A DNA stretch of 64,000 nucleotides from Vulcanimicrobiota bacterium. Its GTDB lineage: Bacteria; Vulcanimicrobiota; Vulcanimicrobiia; Vulcanimicrobiales; Vulcanimicrobiaceae. Shown here in pieces: positions 60,689 to 64,000 of the stretch. The first letter of the stretch is position 1. Each line of letters starts with the position of its first letter. The stretch covers positions 512,001 through 576,000 of the forward strand of contig OY968762.1 in the NCBI GenBank assembly GCA_963695225.1. Reading direction: 5' to 3'. The position numbers and the translations under genes were made by a program. Below the pieces are notes generated by a model. It saw nothing but the letters and a program-made list of their open reading frames with translations, was not told the origin of the DNA and did no database searches.

Positions 60689-60769
60689 GGGGCAGGTTTG
60701 CCCCTCGCCTGCCGGGGGTCCTGGTTACGGCGCATGCTGGACGCGCTGCGTTTTGACGATAACCTCGAC

Positions 60770-60919
60770 ATGGTCGAATACGGCAGCCTGCTTTCGAGCA
60801 ACGGCTTCCAACTGGGTGGGTTTCACGGGCCGGTCTGGGTGCCCGTCGTCGCCGGCCTCGTTGGGCTCGTCCTCGTGTGGCAAATCCTCGGGTCTCTGCT
60901 CAGGCCCAACAACCGCTAA
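60770..60919 (+). CDS. Putative 49-aa small membrane protein
   Basis: MVEYGSLL...VWVPVVAGLVGLVLVWQILGSLLRPNNR fills the gap; GACGATAA 7 nt upstream. Confidence 0.5.
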   Translation: MVEYGSLLSSNGFQLGGFHGPVWVPVVAGLVGLVLVWQILGSLLRPNNR

Positions 60920-60924
60920 CCCCG

Positions 60925-61854
60925 TCAACGGTCGTCGCGATCGTCGCGCGGATGTGCCTCGTCGTAGGCGCGCCGCATGTGTTCGAGCGAGACGTTCGTG
61001 TAGATCTGCGTCGTGGCGAGGCTCTCGTGACCGAGGAGTTCCTTGATCGTCATGAGATCGGCGCCGTTCTCGAGCAGATGCGTCGCGAACGAATGCCGCA
61101 TGACGTGCGGCGTCGCGTGCTGCGCGATGCCGCTCAGGTCCGCGTACAGACGGAACGTTTTCCCCGCCTGGTTCGCACTGAGGCGCGTCGCGCGGTCGCT
61201 CAAGAAAACGGCATTGGACGAGGAGCGCGGCCGGACGCCGAGGTACGCCTCGAGCGCAGAGGCGGCGGCGTGATTGAACAGGACCAGGCGCTCTTTGTTC
61301 CCCTTGCCGATGACGCGCATCGTGCGCCGTTCCAGATCGACGTCGCCGAGGTCCAGGCCGACGAGTTCGGCCCGCCGGATCCCCGAGGCGTAGAGCAGTT
61401 CGAGCATCGCGACGTCCCGCAGGCGCAGCCGGTCGGGGCGCCCGGCGATCCGCGTCCGGAGGAGCTTGGCGACCTCGTTTTCGGCGAGCACCTTGGGAAG
61501 GCGCTTTTCCGGCTTCGGCGGTGCAACGTCGAGGGCGGGATTATCGGGTCGGCGGCCCTCGCGCCGCTGCAAGCCGAAATAGGCGCGCAGCGCGAAGACC
61601 TTACGGCGGACGGCCACGGCTTTGTACTTGCGCGGGCCCATCAAGTCCATGACGAATCGGCGGATGTCCGTCGGCGAGGCCTGGCCGACGCGCCGCGTCG
61701 CATCCTCGGCCCGTTCGCCGGCGCCGAGAAAACGTGCGAACGATTCGACGTCGCGCGCGTACTCCTCGGCGGTGCGCCCCGAGAGACCGCGTTCGAGGTT
61801 CAAGTACGCCATGAAGTCGCCGAGGCCGGGGTCGGCCGGAACGTAGCCGCTCAT
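60925..61854 (-). CDS. XerC/XerD-type tyrosine recombinase
   Basis: ERGLS..T...Y, LYASGIRRAE, GKGNKER, PHVMRHSFATHLL, LLGH and TTQIYT motifs. Confidence 0.93.
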   Translation of the reverse strand: MSGYVPADPGLGDFMAYLNLERGLSGRTAEEYARDVESFARFLGAGERAEDATRRVGQASPTDIRRFVMDLMGPRKYKAVAVRRKVFALRAYFGLQRREGRRPDNPALDVAPPKPEKRLPKVLAENEVAKLLRTRIAGRPDRLRLRDVAMLELLYASGIRRAELVGLDLGDVDLERRTMRVIGKGNKERLVLFNHAAASALEAYLGVRPRSSSNAVFLSDRATRLSANQAGKTFRLYADLSGIAQHATPHVMRHSFATHLLENGADLMTIKELLGHESLATTQIYTNVSLEHMRRAYDEAHPRDDRDDR

Positions 61855-61908
61855 GCCGCTCGCCGGCGCTTCGTGCCGCTTCCCCGGCGCCGCGTGCAAG
61901 GGTGCCAA

Positions 61909-61937
61909 ATCATAGTTTGAGTGCTTCTCGCTCTGAA
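61909..61937 (-). promoter_or_regulatory. Putative sigma70 promoter of xer (TTCAGA-N17-TATGAT)
   Basis: Minus-strand hexamers at correct spacing. Confidence 0.5.
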
Positions 61938-61953
61938 CCCGGGGAGTCCTCCT

Positions 61954-61961
61954 GCCGATAA
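61954..61961 (+). promoter_or_regulatory. Sigma28-type -10 box GCCGATAA (TGAA 16 nt upstream)
   Basis: Exact octamer 55 nt before the GTG at 62017. Confidence 0.45.
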
Positions 61962-62016
61962 ACCTCCCAGACGGTATCGCCCTCGCCGGCGAACTCGCGC
62001 GTCGTTAGGAGAATCC

Positions 62017-63294
62017 GTGCAAGGGACAGTTGAAAGAGCTCCGTCGGTTCTGTACGGGCAACGTTCGCGGGTGATTCCAGGGGCGGCCCCCGGCTCCGTG
62101 CAGTTCGGTTCGGAGCCGGTGACGTTATCGGCCGAGGATTTTTGCCGTCACACGTTGATTCTCGGGTCGTCGGGCTCCGGCAAGACGACCCGGGCGTTCA
62201 ACCCGATCTTGTTGGATGCGCTCAAGACCTTCGATGCGGGCGGGCTCGTTCTCGCCGCCAAGCCGGAGGGCGTCCGGGAAGCCGTCGAGATCTGCCGCCG
62301 CGCGAACCGCGAGTTCGTCCTCGTGCAGCCCGGGACGGACGCCGGAATCGACCTGTTCACGGGCAGCCCCGACGTCGACTCGATGTACCTGCGGGACCTG
62401 TTCGGGCGCGCCGGGCCGGAGATGAAGCCGTGGATCGACGCGGCGGTCGCGCGCATGAAGAACGCGTTCATCATGCTCAATACGGCGGGTCCGCAGTACT
62501 ACACGTTCGACAACCTCGCGCGCTACCTATTCGACGATTCCTACGCGAACGATCTGCGCATCTACTCGCTCACGAAGCTGCGCCAGGTCCGCGAGGATTC
62601 GTCGGAGGCCTGGACGATCCGCGAATCCGTCGACTACGAGGATAAGCGCTACCGAAACTTTCCGGAGCAGACGAAAGCCTCGATCACCTTCGCGTGCGCG
62701 CAACTCCTCGATCCGCTACGCGAGTTCTATATCGTCAAGACGTTCGCGAAGCCGAAGCATTTCATCTCGATCAACGAAGTCTTCAACGGCCTGGTGATCA
62801 TCTTACACGTGCCGCGCATCCGCTACGAGCGGGCCGCGCAAGCGATCTACACGCTCGCGAAGCGCCGCTTCTTCAGCGCGGTCGAAAACCGCCGCGGCGA
62901 CCCGATGCTCGATCAGGACCGCCTCGTGATCTTCGGCGCCGACGAGTACCAGTTGTGCATCTCGGAGACCGACGTGGCGTCGCTCGGGATCGTGCGTTCG
63001 AGCAGATGCTCCGTCCTGGCGGCGACCCAGGGCATTTCCTCGCTCCTCTCCGTACTCGAAAAGGATCTCGTCGCGACCGCGGTCCAGAACTTCTCTCAGA
63101 AGATTCTCTTCAAGACCGACGACATCCCGACGCTCCACGCCTTCAATGAGGTCTTGAGTTTCCGCGACGGCTCGCGCTCGATTTCTGCCAAATCGGTCTT
63201 CGAAATGAACCGGAACCAAGCGCTTTGCCACATCACAGCCGGGGACAGGACGATCGACGAAGTCCTTACGATGGAGCCGCTCTTCATCGACTGA
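62017..63294 (+). CDS. VirD4/TraD (type IV coupling protein)/HerA-like P-loop ATPase without TM anchor
   Basis: RHTLILGSSGSGKT Walker A, VIFGADEYQ Walker B, RSSR arginine finger and AATQ motif; SD AGGAG. Confidence 0.75.
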   Translation: MQGTVERAPSVLYGQRSRVIPGAAPGSVQFGSEPVTLSAEDFCRHTLILGSSGSGKTTRAFNPILLDALKTFDAGGLVLAAKPEGVREAVEICRRANREFVLVQPGTDAGIDLFTGSPDVDSMYLRDLFGRAGPEMKPWIDAAVARMKNAFIMLNTAGPQYYTFDNLARYLFDDSYANDLRIYSLTKLRQVREDSSEAWTIRESVDYEDKRYRNFPEQTKASITFACAQLLDPLREFYIVKTFAKPKHFISINEVFNGLVIILHVPRIRYERAAQAIYTLAKRRFFSAVENRRGDPMLDQDRLVIFGADEYQLCISETDVASLGIVRSSRCSVLAATQGISSLLSVLEKDLVATAVQNFSQKILFKTDDIPTLHAFNEVLSFRDGSRSISAKSVFEMNRNQALCHITAGDRTIDEVLTMEPLFID

Positions 63295-63392
63295 CGAACG
63301 GCGACGCCCGCCCGCAGGGGCCGCGCCGGAGGCGCGGAAGGTTGCGGCCGGTTGCCTTCTTCATTCGTTTTCTCTCGACCGGAGGTAGGTGC

Positions 63393-64000
63393 GTGAACTG
63401 TCCGACTTGCCAATCCCAAATCGCCGACGGAGCGCGCTTCTGCGCCTCGTGCGGCGCGCCGGCGCCGCAACAAACGCAGGTCGGCTCGTATACCGAGCCG
63501 GTCCCCGAAACCAGCAATCCGAAGGATCCGATCGTTCTCGGCGACATGTCGATCAAGATCGAGGGCGAGCTCGTCCCGGTCGTCGACGTCGAGCTCGGCC
63601 GGCAGCAGACGATCTATTTCGAACATCACATCTTGCTCTGGAAGCAGCCGAACGTCACGCTCGGCTTCATGAACCTCAAGAACGCTGGGAAGCGCTTCTT
63701 CGCGGGCTTGCAGATCTTCATTTCGACGGCTCAGGGGCCCGGGAACATCTCGTTCTCGCGCGAGGCACCGGGACAAATCGTCGCGTTGCGCCTGCGCCCC
63801 GGCCAGTCGGTCGACGTGCGCGAGCATCAGTTCCTGCTCGCCTCGAGCAACGTCAACTACGATTTCTACTGGCAGCAGGGCCTCGCGAACATCATGTTCT
63901 CGCGGGCGGGCCTGTTCATCGACCGCTTCTCGGCGCAGGGCGGCGAAGGCGTCGTCCTCCTGCACGGGTACGGCAACGTGTTCGAGAAGAATCTGGCCCC
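63393..64000 (+). CDS. Zinc-ribbon + AIM24 family protein (truncated by window end)
   Basis: CPTC..FCASCG, then IEGELVPVVDV, FEHHILLWK, VREHQFL and LHGYGNVFE; SD GGAGG; no stop before 64000. Confidence 0.8.
   Translation, partial: MNCPTCQSQIADGARFCASCGAPAPQQTQVGSYTEPVPETSNPKDPIVLGDMSIKIEGELVPVVDVELGRQQTIYFEHHILLWKQPNVTLGFMNLKNAGKRFFAGLQIFISTAQGPGNISFSREAPGQIVALRLRPGQSVDVREHQFLLASSNVNYDFYWQQGLANIMFSRAGLFIDRFSAQGGEGVVLLHGYGNVFEKNLA

Noticed and set aside
60925..61854. Tyrosine recombinase as a phage/ICE integrase, and GGTGCCAAATCATAG (61901) as a dif site
   Set aside because: The protein has housekeeping XerC/D motifs and length; the site lacks the TTATGTTAAAT XerD arm and is better explained as a promoter

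Overview
Core-chromosome window from a very GC-rich bacterium (roughly 70% GC by eye). It is most likely a diderm Terrabacteria lineage such as Ca. Eremiobacterota or Armatimonadota. This is inferred from the Firmicutes-like ClpX N-terminus, DUF4446 and an MlaD with a beta-rich C-terminus, and was not tested. The window holds about 60 CDS: hydantoinase/oxoprolinase A+B with cobC-like and cobT, ppa, icd, an EgtB/OvoA-like enzyme, deoC-ALDH, hppD/fahA, a LIV-type ABC transporter, lepA, tig-clpP-clpX, pbpC/alpha-2-macroglobulin, crp, gmk-rpoZ-glmS-rph-mlaEFD-rhomboid-panE, a squalene/phytoene synthase, xerC/D, a VirD4-like ATPase and a partial AIM24 gene. It also holds SRP RNA and 7 tRNAs. No CRISPR, prophage or transposase was seen. 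Best unexplained signals: (1) a sigma70 promoter driving a ~230-nt multi-hairpin leader or sRNA with a hidden uORF, upstream of an orphan RNR-beta-like diiron protein and divergent from an orphan 2-oxoacid dehydrogenase E1-alpha; (2) a 243-bp palindromic element with 33-bp terminal inverted repeats upstream of the EgtB-like gene; (3) a membrane-anchor-less orphan VirD4-like ATPase sharing a sigma28-like GCCGATAA box with crp; (4) two conserved genes that need non-canonical start codons; (5) an MlaD with a putative C-terminal outer-membrane barrel; (6) catalytic-motif variants of ALDH and alpha-2-macroglobulin. All family calls come from motif recognition by eye; no searches were run.
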